Positions 44,849 through 54,200 of a stretch of DNA of 64,000 nucleotides are shown here, in pieces. The stretch comes from Dehalococcoidia bacterium. Its GTDB lineage: Bacteria > Chloroflexota > Dehalococcoidia > Lucifugimonadales > Lucifugimonadaceae. The stretch spans positions 1,050,714-1,114,713 of the forward strand of contig CBDDDP010000004.1 of NCBI GenBank assembly GCA_965226685.1, given 5' to 3'. Below the pieces are notes generated by a model, which had not been told where the DNA came from, searched no databases, and worked only from the letters and a program-made list of their open reading frames with translations. Made by a program: the position numbers and the translations under genes. Each line of letters opens with the position of its first letter. The stretch's first letter is position 1.

Positions 44849-45163
44849 CTATTGAATTACCTTTACGCTGACCTCCACACCATTTGGGACGTTCAATCGT
44901 TGGAGCACGTCCATCGTCTTGGAGCTCGGTTCCACGATGTCGACTAGTCGCTTGTGGAGCCAAAGTTCGAAATGTTCCTGCGCATCTTTGGTGATGTGCG
45001 GTGATCGGAGTACCGTGAAACGACGGCGGCGCGTCGGCATCGGCACTGGCCCTGAAATCTGCGCGCCCGTTCGAGTCGCAGCGTCTAGGATCTGCTCGGT
45101 AGCCTGCTCCAACAATGGGGCGTCGTAACCCCGGAGCATTATTCGCATCTTGCCTGTCGCCAT
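44849..45163 (-). CDS. rpsJ: 30S ribosomal protein S10
   Basis: 104 aa with MRIMLRGYDAPLLEQ. Confidence 0.95.
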   Translation of the reverse strand: MATGKMRIMLRGYDAPLLEQATEQILDAATRTGAQISGPVPMPTRRRRFTVLRSPHITKDAQEHFELWLHKRLVDIVEPSSKTMDVLQRLNVPNGVEVSVKVIQ

Positions 45164-45175
45164 AGCTCTTTTTGC

Positions 45176-47377
45176 CTATCTTTCCAAAGCTTCTAGAACA
45201 TGCTGCGGCATCACGCCGTAATGATCAAGCTCCATGTTGAAATCCCCGTATCCGGACGTCAACGAACGCAGGTCCGTCGCATAATTGAACGTCTCGGACA
45301 AAGGAACGAACGCCATGACGCTGCCGATCCCTGCTTGCCCAGGCTTAGGCTCTACTGTCTCCATCGATTGAATCTTGGCGCGGCGCGAATTCAAGTCGCC
45401 AATGACAGTACCGAGCATCTCGGCCGGCATTACGACTTCTTGGCGCATGATGGGCTCCAAAAGCTGCGGGGACGCTTTGCGCATCGCGGCCTTGAACGCC
45501 AACGATCCAGCGATCTGGAACGCGAGTTCGGATGAGTCCGTGTCGTGTTGTGCTCCGTCTGTGAGAACCACTTTGACATCCACTACCGGATATCCAGCGA
45601 CGACACCCGAAGCGGCGGCTTCACGGAATCCCTTTTCGATTGCGGAGTGCCACTCTCTGTTGAGGGTGGCACCAGTGATCTCGCTCTCAAATTCGAGACC
45701 AGATCCACGCGGCAATGGTTCGACGCGCAACGAGCATATGCCGTATTGACCGCGTCCGCCTGTCTGGCGAACGAATCGTCCTTCCGCCTTGGCGGTCGAT
45801 GCAACCGTCTCTCGATACGCCACCCTTGGCCGACCTCGGTTACATGAAACACCAAATTCGAGCCTCATGCGGTCGAGGATGATTTCAAGATGCAACTCAC
45901 CCATACCTGAAAGCAGGAGTTGGCCACTCTCGTCGTCAGTGGAAAGAATCAGGGTCGGATCTTCGTCAACCAGCTTCATCAATGTCCCGGTCAACTTGTC
46001 CTTGTCGTAGCGGCTTTCCGGTTCTAATGAGATTGACAGTACCGGTTCGGGGAACTGGATCTGCGCCATTGCCACGGGCGCGTTGACAGCACACAGGGTG
46101 TGACCAGTTTTGGTGGACTTAAGGCCAATCGCGGCGACGATTTCGCCTGCTCCGGCCTCGTCAACCGGTTCGCGCACATCTGCACGCATTCGCAAGAGAC
46201 GGCCGATGCGCTCGCGACTGCGAGTAGACGGGTTGTAGACCGACATGCCTCGCTTCAACACGCCGGAATACACGCGCAAGAAAATCAACCGGCCTGCGTG
46301 CTCGTCGGATATGACCTTGAACGCTAGCGCGCTGAGCGGTTCGTCGTTATTCGGGTGGCGCTCGACTTGCTTGTCCGGGTGCAGCGGTTCGAACCCGACG
46401 GCCGGCGGCAAATCCATCGGCGATGGCAGGTAGTCCAATACCGCGTCCAGAAGTTGGTGCGTCCCGCGGTGGCGGAGCGCAGCGCCAGCCAGAACCGGGA
46501 AAATCTTCAATTCGATCGTCGCCTTGCGGACCGATGCTTTCAGGATGTCCGCAGACACTTCTTCGCCCATCAAGTAGAGCTCGGCAAGATCGTCGTCGAA
46601 TTCGGCAACCTTCGCCACGAGTTCTTCGCGGGCGGCATTGGCCTGTTCAAGATAGTCGGCGGGGACATCGGCTTCACGAGGTTCGAGCCGTCCGCTTCTG
46701 TCGACCTCCGCAGAGGGGTCGGTCCACTCGTAGTAGTAGGCCCGCTTTTCGACCAGGTCGATCACGCCTTGGAAATCGGCTTCTTGTCCGATCGGGATCT
46801 GGATCGGAACTGCGTTCGCATAGAGGCGGTTCCTCAATGTCGACACTGCGTATTCGAAATCCGCTCCGATGCGATCCATCTTGTTGACGAACACGATCCT
46901 GGGTACGTGGTGCTTGTCAGCCTGCCGCCAAACGGTCAACGACTGTGCCTGAACTCCCGCAACAGAGTCGAGCACGACGGTCACACCGTCCAATACTCGA
47001 AGGCTGCGCTCAACCTCGGCGGTGAAGTCGACGTGTCCGGGGGTGTCAATAATGTTTATCTGATGGTCGCGCCACGAGACGTTCTGGGCCGCCGCTGTAA
47101 TTGTGATGCCGCGCTCGCGTTCTTGCGGCATATAGTCCAACAACGCGGTACCGTCGTCCACTCGGCCGATCTTGTAGGTTTCGCCCGTAAAGTAAAGGAC
47201 GCTCTCGCTTACAGTTGTCTTTCCGGCGTCGACGTGCGCGATAAAACCGGTGTTGCGCAGTTTTCGAAGGTCGTCGCCAGCCTGGGCAACGATCTCAGAA
47301 GTGGCTGGATTTTTCAATTTCGTGGTCATTGCCTCTCGATGCCAGATTTCAGGATCAACAGTTTCCGACGCCTGCAC
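45176..47377 (-). CDS. fusA: elongation factor G
   Basis: Contains RNTGFIAHVDAGKTT, DTPGHVDF, NKMD and five-domain length. The start is either GTG 47377 or ATG 47329. Confidence 0.95.
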   Translation of the reverse strand: MQASETVDPEIWHREAMTTKLKNPATSEIVAQAGDDLRKLRNTGFIAHVDAGKTTVSESVLYFTGETYKIGRVDDGTALLDYMPQERERGITITAAAQNVSWRDHQINIIDTPGHVDFTAEVERSLRVLDGVTVVLDSVAGVQAQSLTVWRQADKHHVPRIVFVNKMDRIGADFEYAVSTLRNRLYANAVPIQIPIGQEADFQGVIDLVEKRAYYYEWTDPSAEVDRSGRLEPREADVPADYLEQANAAREELVAKVAEFDDDLAELYLMGEEVSADILKASVRKATIELKIFPVLAGAALRHRGTHQLLDAVLDYLPSPMDLPPAVGFEPLHPDKQVERHPNNDEPLSALAFKVISDEHAGRLIFLRVYSGVLKRGMSVYNPSTRSRERIGRLLRMRADVREPVDEAGAGEIVAAIGLKSTKTGHTLCAVNAPVAMAQIQFPEPVLSISLEPESRYDKDKLTGTLMKLVDEDPTLILSTDDESGQLLLSGMGELHLEIILDRMRLEFGVSCNRGRPRVAYRETVASTAKAEGRFVRQTGGRGQYGICSLRVEPLPRGSGLEFESEITGATLNREWHSAIEKGFREAAASGVVAGYPVVDVKVVLTDGAQHDTDSSELAFQIAGSLAFKAAMRKASPQLLEPIMRQEVVMPAEMLGTVIGDLNSRRAKIQSMETVEPKPGQAGIGSVMAFVPLSETFNYATDLRSLTSGYGDFNMELDHYGVMPQHVLEALER

Positions 47378-47474
47378 TCAATTCTCACGCGCTTTCGCGC
47401 ATCCGAGTGACTCGTCCTGATTTCCTATCCGTCTGAAAATCGCCGATCCATCGACCGGCGTCAGCAATCTCCAT

Positions 47475-47945
47475 CTACCATCTGAAGTGGGCGTAAGCCC
47501 GGTTAGCTTCAGCCATTCTTTGCAACTCGTCTTTTCGCCGCACCGCCGCACCAGAATTGTTGGCGGCGTCCAACAATTCTGTGAACAGTTTCCGCGCTAT
47601 CGGCTGACCCTTGCGCGTGCGTGACGCCGTTACAAGCCAACGTTGCGCTAACGCCTCGCGACGTTCCGGACGGACCTCGTTCGGCACCTGGTACGTCGCG
47701 CCGCCGACACGCCGCGGCTTAACCTCCAACAGAGGCGTGGCGTTTGCCATCGCTTGTTCGAACGCGTCCAACGCGTTCATGTTCAATCGGTCTCCAAGCA
47801 TGTGTAGCGCTTCGTAAACGGCGCGGCGAGCGATGCTTTTTTTGCCACCGATCATCACGCGGTTTATGAATCGCGCGAGCTCCTCGCTTCCATAGCGAGG
47901 ATCGGGTTGTGTGTAGCGCCTTTCGGCTCTGCGTCTTCTTGCCAT
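47475..47945 (-). CDS. rpsG: 30S ribosomal protein S7
   Basis: 156 aa with MARRRRAERR and ending ...ANRAYAHFRW. Confidence 0.95.
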   Translation of the reverse strand: MARRRRAERRYTQPDPRYGSEELARFINRVMIGGKKSIARRAVYEALHMLGDRLNMNALDAFEQAMANATPLLEVKPRRVGGATYQVPNEVRPERREALAQRWLVTASRTRKGQPIARKLFTELLDAANNSGAAVRRKDELQRMAEANRAYAHFRW

Positions 47946-48182
47946 CTCGTGTTCGCTTCGCGTTGTTATGATACGTGTCAGTTAAACGATGCTTATCCAG
48001 TTCGGGTGTCGATGCGAATTCGGGTCGGCCTCGAAATTGCCGCGCGTTGGCGCTACTTCGCAATCGAGGAATTTGCCAGCCGATTTAGGAGTTACGGATT
48101 TCGACGAATCGAGAACCCGAGTTACTTCCGCCTTAACAAACTGCTACGAATTCAGCAACAAATTATATATCTACCACCCCGA

Positions 48183-48599
48183 TTACACTCCACGTGGAGT
48201 CCCGTATTTGCTCCGACCGCGCCGTCGGCCCTCGACGCCCTCGGTGTCCTTGGTGCCACGAATTACATGGTAGCGGACGCCGGGCAAATCACGCACTCTG
48301 CCGCCTCGGATAAGAACCACCGAGTGCTCTTGCAGATTGTGTCCCTCGCCGGGGATGTAAGCCGTGACTTCGACGTTGTTGGAGAGTCGCACGCGGGCCA
48401 CTTTTCGAAGCGCAGAGTTCGGCTTCTTCGGCGTGACAGTGCGAACCTGCAAGCAAACGCCAGCTTTTTGAGGCGAACCCTTCTGCAGTTCGCGGGTTCG
48501 CCCCGTGAACGAGTTTCGGATCGCTCGCAACGCCGGTGTCTTCGGCTTTTTGCGAGTCCGCTTCCGTGGGTTTCTTACTAGCTGATTGAGCGTCGGCAA
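48183..48599 (-). CDS. rpsL: 30S ribosomal protein S12
   Basis: The ORF is open to TTG 48611. A second TTG at 48599 gives the canonical MPTLNQLVR with GGAG 6 nt upstream. Contains [17 protein letters not shown] and [13 protein letters not shown], and carries an insert of about 14 aa after PAL. Confidence 0.95.
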   Translation of the reverse strand: MPTLNQLVRNPRKRTRKKPKTPALRAIRNSFTGRTRELQKGSPQKAGVCLQVRTVTPKKPNSALRKVARVRLSNNVEVTAYIPGEGHNLQEHSVVLIRGGRVRDLPGVRYHVIRGTKDTEGVEGRRRGRSKYGTPRGV

Positions 48600-48839
48600 T
48601 GCAGTCTCCAATTGTCAGACTTGCGTCGCAAGGTGTTTCCCAGCCCGCGCGCCAACGCGAACCGCCGTTGCGGTGCAACTGCTAACCGATAAATCATACA
48701 AATTTTGAGAGGCATCGTCAACTATTCCAGGGCCACGTTGATGGGCGAATTACGTGTATCAGTCCCTCTGTAATATCCTGAACTCATACCGCCATCAAAC
48801 CTAGTTTGCCGGGCGCAACCTGATTACTACGAATACGGC

Positions 48840-49559
48840 ATGACCGCCCTGATCCTCTACGGATTCTCCGATCCGCTCGCAATGTCGCTAATCGACGAAT
48901 TGCGTTACGAAGACCAATCGCTGGAGTTCGTGCAAGTCGAACCCGGGCTGCATGACGCCGTGACTACGCCCAAACGTGATGAAGTAGCGCTCGTTTGGTG
49001 TGTCGGATCCTCGATCTCATTCCCGGTAGCCCTGTCGAACGACATCGCGTCCAAAGGCACCCCGGTTGTGGCTATCGCCGACGATTCGATAGCCGAACTC
49101 TTTGAATTCAACTCGGGATACATCGAGTTGTGTTTCAACCCGCCGACAGCGCATGAGGTGAGAGCGCGCATCAAGACCGTCAAAGTACGGGCGACGATTC
49201 GATCAGCGCCCAAGATCGTGCACGGGGATCTGACGATTGACGTCAATAGCTTCGCTGTTTCTCTTAACGGTCGCAACATTGAACTAACCTACAAGGAGTA
49301 CGAGCTCCTGAAGCTCTTCGCGTCGAATCCAGGCCGTGTATTCCGGCGCGAGGACATATTGAATCGCATCTGGGGCGACGACTATTTTGGCGGCACCCGG
49401 ACTGTCGACGTGCATGTACGCAGATTGAGGAGCAAATTAGACGATGTGAGCCACAGCGTGATCGAAACGATGTGGCGCGTCGGGTACCGCTTCAGCACCC
49501 CGGACATACACGTGAACGCGAACAACGGCGGCGCTCGAGAGCCGATTTCTGTAGCCTAA
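48840..49559 (+). CDS. OmpR/PhoB-type winged-helix transcriptional regulator with a degenerate (pseudo-)receiver domain
   Basis: The C-terminal domain is canonical (LTYKEYELLKLFASNPGRVFRREDILNRIWG...TRTVDVHVRRLRSKL...ETMWRVGYRF). The N-terminal domain has receiver length and pattern but lacks the acidic pair (ILYGFSD), the phospho-Asp (EVALVWCVG), the Thr (VVAIADD) and the Lys (LCFNPP). Confidence 0.8.
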   Translation: MTALILYGFSDPLAMSLIDELRYEDQSLEFVQVEPGLHDAVTTPKRDEVALVWCVGSSISFPVALSNDIASKGTPVVAIADDSIAELFEFNSGYIELCFNPPTAHEVRARIKTVKVRATIRSAPKIVHGDLTIDVNSFAVSLNGRNIELTYKEYELLKLFASNPGRVFRREDILNRIWGDDYFGGTRTVDVHVRRLRSKLDDVSHSVIETMWRVGYRFSTPDIHVNANNGGAREPISVA

Positions 49560-49712
49560 CCAATCTGGTAAAATTGGACTTTTCTGATCGATTCGGTCTC
49601 GGGCATTTGAACGCTCAGTGTTCGCTACCGGAAACGCCAAAACCCCTAAAAAGCGAACTGGAACACTCGCACGCGTATCAGTTGGAAACATTGGATCGGC
49701 ATCTGACCTAAA

Positions 49713-51140
49713 ATGGCCCAAATCACTCCAAACCCCGCGCTGACCACTACGTCCCCCGACGATGAGGCAAAAGAGTTTGTGCTGCGGTCTGCGAATCAAC
49801 AGGACGTTCGCTTCGTTCGATTGTGGTTCACAGACATTTTGGGCACAGTTAAGGGGTTCGCGGTCACCATTGATGAGCTCGAGCACGTTTTAAATTCTGG
49901 TGCTAGTTTCGACGGTGCCGTGATCGACGGTTTGGCACGCAGCGACGAATCCGACACCGTAGCTGTTCCAGATCCGACTACGTGGCAGATTCTTCCTTGG
50001 CGTCCAAGCCAGGACGCCGTCGCGAGCATGTTTTGCGACCTCAGCACGCCTGATCGTGAACCACTTCCGACTGACGGCAGGCAAATATTAAGAACCGTAA
50101 TACGGCGGGCGCGCAAACTCGGTTACAACTTCTACGTCGCACCAGAGCTCGAGTTCTTCTACGCGGACGATATCAGCGAGTACCGCAACAATGTCGGCGG
50201 CCGAGCCTACGCAGCAGTCGCCGGGAACTCCGCCGCCTCGGATCGAAAGGTTCAGTTCAATCGAGCGAGCCGATACTTTGACCAGACATCGCCCGATATC
50301 GGCGGCGCCGAACTGCGCCGCGAAGTCGTCTTGGCATTGGAAAAAATGGGGATACCCGTCAAACACAGCCACCACGAAGTTGGCCAGGGTCAACACGAGA
50401 TCGATTTGAGGCACACCAACGCCCTCACGATGGCCGATTCGGTCGTCACGTACCGAGTGGTCGTTAAGGAGCTGGCGGCGCAAAAAGGTGGACACGCGAC
50501 TTTCATGCCGCAACCGTTCTCAGACCGCCCAGGCTCCGGGATGCATACGCACATGTCTCTGTTCAGCGGTGATGACAACGCTTTCTACTCGGCTGAAGAA
50601 GACGAATTCCACCTGTCGGATGTTGGTCGAAAATTCATCGCTGGGCTTGTCCGCCATGCACCCGAGATCACCGCGATAACGAACCAATGGGTTAATAGCT
50701 ACAAACGTCTCGTTCCCGGTTCCGAAGCCCCGATCTTCGCTTCGTGGACATCGGGCAACATGAACGATCTGATCAGAGTGCCCGCGTATCGGCCCGGTCA
50801 GGAAGCGAGCATGCGAGTGGAGTATCGCGCGCCGGACGCGGCATGCAACCCTTACCTCGCGTTTACCGCCATGTTGGCCGCGGGTTTGGAAGGCATTGTG
50901 AAGGACTATCCGTTATCGAACCCTATCGAGGACGCCGGTAATGGCAACAGCAATTCGCTGCCTAGGTTGCCGAGGTCGCTTCAAGAAGCGGTTACCATCG
51001 CCGAGAAGAGTGAGCTGTTGCGGAAACATATCGGCGACAAAGCCGTCGATAGCTTCTGCCGGAACAAATATCTCGAATGGGACGAGTTCAATCGATCGGT
51101 GACCGACTTCGAAACCAACCGATACCTCGACATCCTTTAG
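49713..51140 (+). CDS. glnA: glutamine synthetase, type I
   Basis: 475 aa with VRFVRLWFTDILG, beta-grasp and catalytic domains (HHEVGQGQHEI, GSGMHTHMSLF, SWTSGNMNDLIRVP). No NLY(D/E)LP-type adenylylation loop seen. Confidence 0.9.
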   Translation: MAQITPNPALTTTSPDDEAKEFVLRSANQQDVRFVRLWFTDILGTVKGFAVTIDELEHVLNSGASFDGAVIDGLARSDESDTVAVPDPTTWQILPWRPSQDAVASMFCDLSTPDREPLPTDGRQILRTVIRRARKLGYNFYVAPELEFFYADDISEYRNNVGGRAYAAVAGNSAASDRKVQFNRASRYFDQTSPDIGGAELRREVVLALEKMGIPVKHSHHEVGQGQHEIDLRHTNALTMADSVVTYRVVVKELAAQKGGHATFMPQPFSDRPGSGMHTHMSLFSGDDNAFYSAEEDEFHLSDVGRKFIAGLVRHAPEITAITNQWVNSYKRLVPGSEAPIFASWTSGNMNDLIRVPAYRPGQEASMRVEYRAPDAACNPYLAFTAMLAAGLEGIVKDYPLSNPIEDAGNGNSNSLPRLPRSLQEAVTIAEKSELLRKHIGDKAVDSFCRNKYLEWDEFNRSVTDFETNRYLDIL

Positions 51141-51217
51141 CGGTTGGAGCGATCTGGCGACGCGGAAACCGCCGCGATATTAAGATTCAAGATTGACCTT
51201 GCCTGAAACGAGGGTCG

Positions 51218-54200
51218 ATGACGTTGGAATACACAGCTAGTGAAATGCGGCGACGCGCAGCCGAGCGCGACGCTGAATTTCGACGTCTCGAGAAGGAAGG
51301 GCTGTACTCCAAATCCCACGAACACGACGCTTGTGGCGTCGGCGTTGTTGCAAATATCGACGGTCATCGATCACACCAGATCATCCAGCAAGGTCTAGAA
51401 GTTCTACGCAATTTAGGGCACCGAGGTGCTTGTGGATGCGATCCCGAGACGGGCGATGGTGCTGGAATACTTGTGCAGATGCCGCACCGATTCATGGTCA
51501 AAGCAGCGGCTGAGTGTGGCATTCAATTACCTGAAACACCACGGTACGCGGTCGCGATGTGTTTCCTGCCCCAAAACGGCGGCCTCAGAGCGTTTTGCAA
51601 AAAGTCACTCGAGAATTCGGCTCGAGAGCATGGTGTCGAACCTCTGGGCTGGCGCGAAGTCCCGGTCGACCCAAGCTCGATCGGAGTATGGGCTCGCGCC
51701 CGCATGCCGAAAATCGAGCAACTATTCCTCAACGCCCCTGAAGGTATCGACGAAACCCTGCTGGAGCGTCGCTTGTACGTCGTCCGAAAATCGACGGAGA
51801 AGACGGTCCGCGCGCGCATCGACGAGATCGAAACGCAGGCTGGCGGCAATCCTCTTACCGAAGTGCAATCAGAGATCGTCAACGCACTCACCAACGAGTG
51901 GTACGTTCCTTCGCTTTCGGCTCGCACGATCGTCTACAAAGGCATGCTTATGTCCGAGCAGACCGATGCGTTCTACAAGGACTTGAGTGACCCTGATTTC
52001 GAGTCGCACTTCGCGATGGTGCACTCGCGTTTCAGCACAAATACGTTGGGGTCTTGGAAACTTGCACACCCCTACCGGATGCTGGCGCACAACGGCGAGA
52101 TCAACACCGTGCGCGGGAACCGGAACTGGATGTCGGCGCGGGAACTCACGCTAAAATCTGATCTTTTCGGCAATTACATCCGCGACATTCTGCCGATTTG
52201 CGAAACCGACGAACCGTCTGATACCGCGTCCTTGGATAACGCTTTTGAAGCTGTGTACATGGGTGGTCGCTCGGTGTCGCACACCGCGGCGATGATGATG
52301 CCGGCGGCTTGGTACGGGCATGAGTCGATGCCGCAAAACGTCAAGGACTTCTACGAGTACCACGGCGGAATAATGGAACCTTGGGACGGCCCGGCGATGA
52401 TCACGTTCACCGACGGTCACATGCTTGGTGCGGTCCTCGACCGTAATGGATTGCGCCCGTTCCGTTACTCCGTGACCACGGACAACGTCCTGGTTATGGC
52501 TTCAGAGACTGGTGTGTTGGACATCCCTGCGGATCAGATCCGCTACCGGTCGCGACTTCGGCCCGGCAGGATGTTCCTCGTCGACTTCGAACAGAAGCGC
52601 ATCATCGAACCACAGGAAGTCGCCGACAACCTTGCGACCAGCCAACCGTACGGCGAGTGGTTGGCCAATCAACGCCTGACTCTCAACGACCTCGAACCGG
52701 CCGCCAGCGTTCCCAATGTCGACCTAGAAACGGTTAATCTCCGGCAAATGGTGTTCGGATATTCCCAAGAGGACATGCGGATGCTGATCGGTCCGATGGG
52801 TGTGACCGCGCATCAACCGCAAGGTTCGATGGGCAACGACGCACCGTTGGCTGCGCTCTCGGACAAACCCCAGAACCTCTTCGCCTACTTCAAGCAAGAC
52901 TTCGCACAAGTCTCCAACCCGCCGCTCGATGCGATCCGCGAGCAACTCGTCACACAGATGGCGGTACCGGTCGGACGACGTCCCAACCTATTCGACGAAA
53001 CCGAAAGCCACGCACGTCTCCTGCGCATCGATCATCCGATACTACGCAACGCCGAGTTGGCGCAGATCAAGCGGTCAACCAAACCCGGCGTCAGAACCAT
53101 CACCATATCGACGCTCTTCCCGGTCACCGATGGCGTCGATGGTCTCAAAGCAGCGCTCGAACGCATCCGCCGAGAAGCGTCCGAAGCCATCGAAAACGGT
53201 TACACCGTCCTCGTCCTCTCCGACCGCGGCATCGACGCCGAAAACTCCTTCATCCCGTCGTTGCTCGCAACCGCAGCTGTTCATCACCACCTCATCCGAG
53301 AAAAGACCTGCACCCAAGCCGACATCCTCGTCGAATCCGGCGAACCCAGAGAAGTGCACCACTTCGCGCTGCTCTTCGGATACGGCGCCAGCGGTATCAA
53401 CCCGTATCTCGCCCTCGAGTCTCTAGCATCCATCCGCGAATCGGTAGCCAGCGACGGCACGATGCCACTGCAGGACCTTGCCGAGGAAAACTATCGTAGA
53501 GCCGCCGAAGAAGGTGTGCTCAAGACGATGTCCAAGATGGGCATTTCAACGTTGCAGGGCTATTTGGGGGCACAGATTTTCGAAGCTCTGGGATTGTCCC
53601 AAGACCTGATCGATCAGTACTTCACCTGGACCAACTCGAGGATCGGTGGCATAGGCCTCGACGAGATCGCTGCCGACGTCGTTGCCAACCACGCGAGGGC
53701 GTATCCCCAGCACGAGATACCTTCCAACCTGCGCTTGGACCTCGGCGGATACTACATGTGGCGCGCGACTGGCGAACGGCACATGTGGAACCCCAGAACC
53801 ATATCGCTCATCCAGACAGCCTCCACTCTTAACAGCAAGACAATCTACAAACAGTTTGAAGTTGCGGCGGATGAAGAGCCCCAGGGGTACATCGCCCTCA
53901 GGCAAATGCTCGACTTCGATGAGAGCAAATTCGATCCGATACCGATCGACGAAGTCGAGTCAGTCGAAAGCGTCCTGCCTCGGTTCGCCACTGGCGCGAT
54001 ATCTCTCGGATCAATTTCCCGTGAAGCCCACGAAACACTTGCCGTCGCGATGAACCGCATTGGAGCACGCAGCAACACCGGTGAGGGTGGTGAAGACGAT
54101 ACGCGCTACGGGCCATTCGACGTCCCTGATTCCCGCAACTCGGCGGTTAAGCAGGTCGCTTCCGGTCGGTTTGGCGTTACCACCGAATACATGGTCAATG

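Noticed and set aside
46355-47410. 351-aa plus-strand ORF
   Set aside because: It is antisense to fusA, which has unmistakable EF-G motifs. Composition is Arg/Val-rich junk.
47907-48581. 224-aa plus-strand ORF across the rpsG-rpsL spacer and rpsL
   Set aside because: It is mostly antisense to rpsL, with no SD and implausible composition. The spacer part is treated instead as a possible regulatory region.
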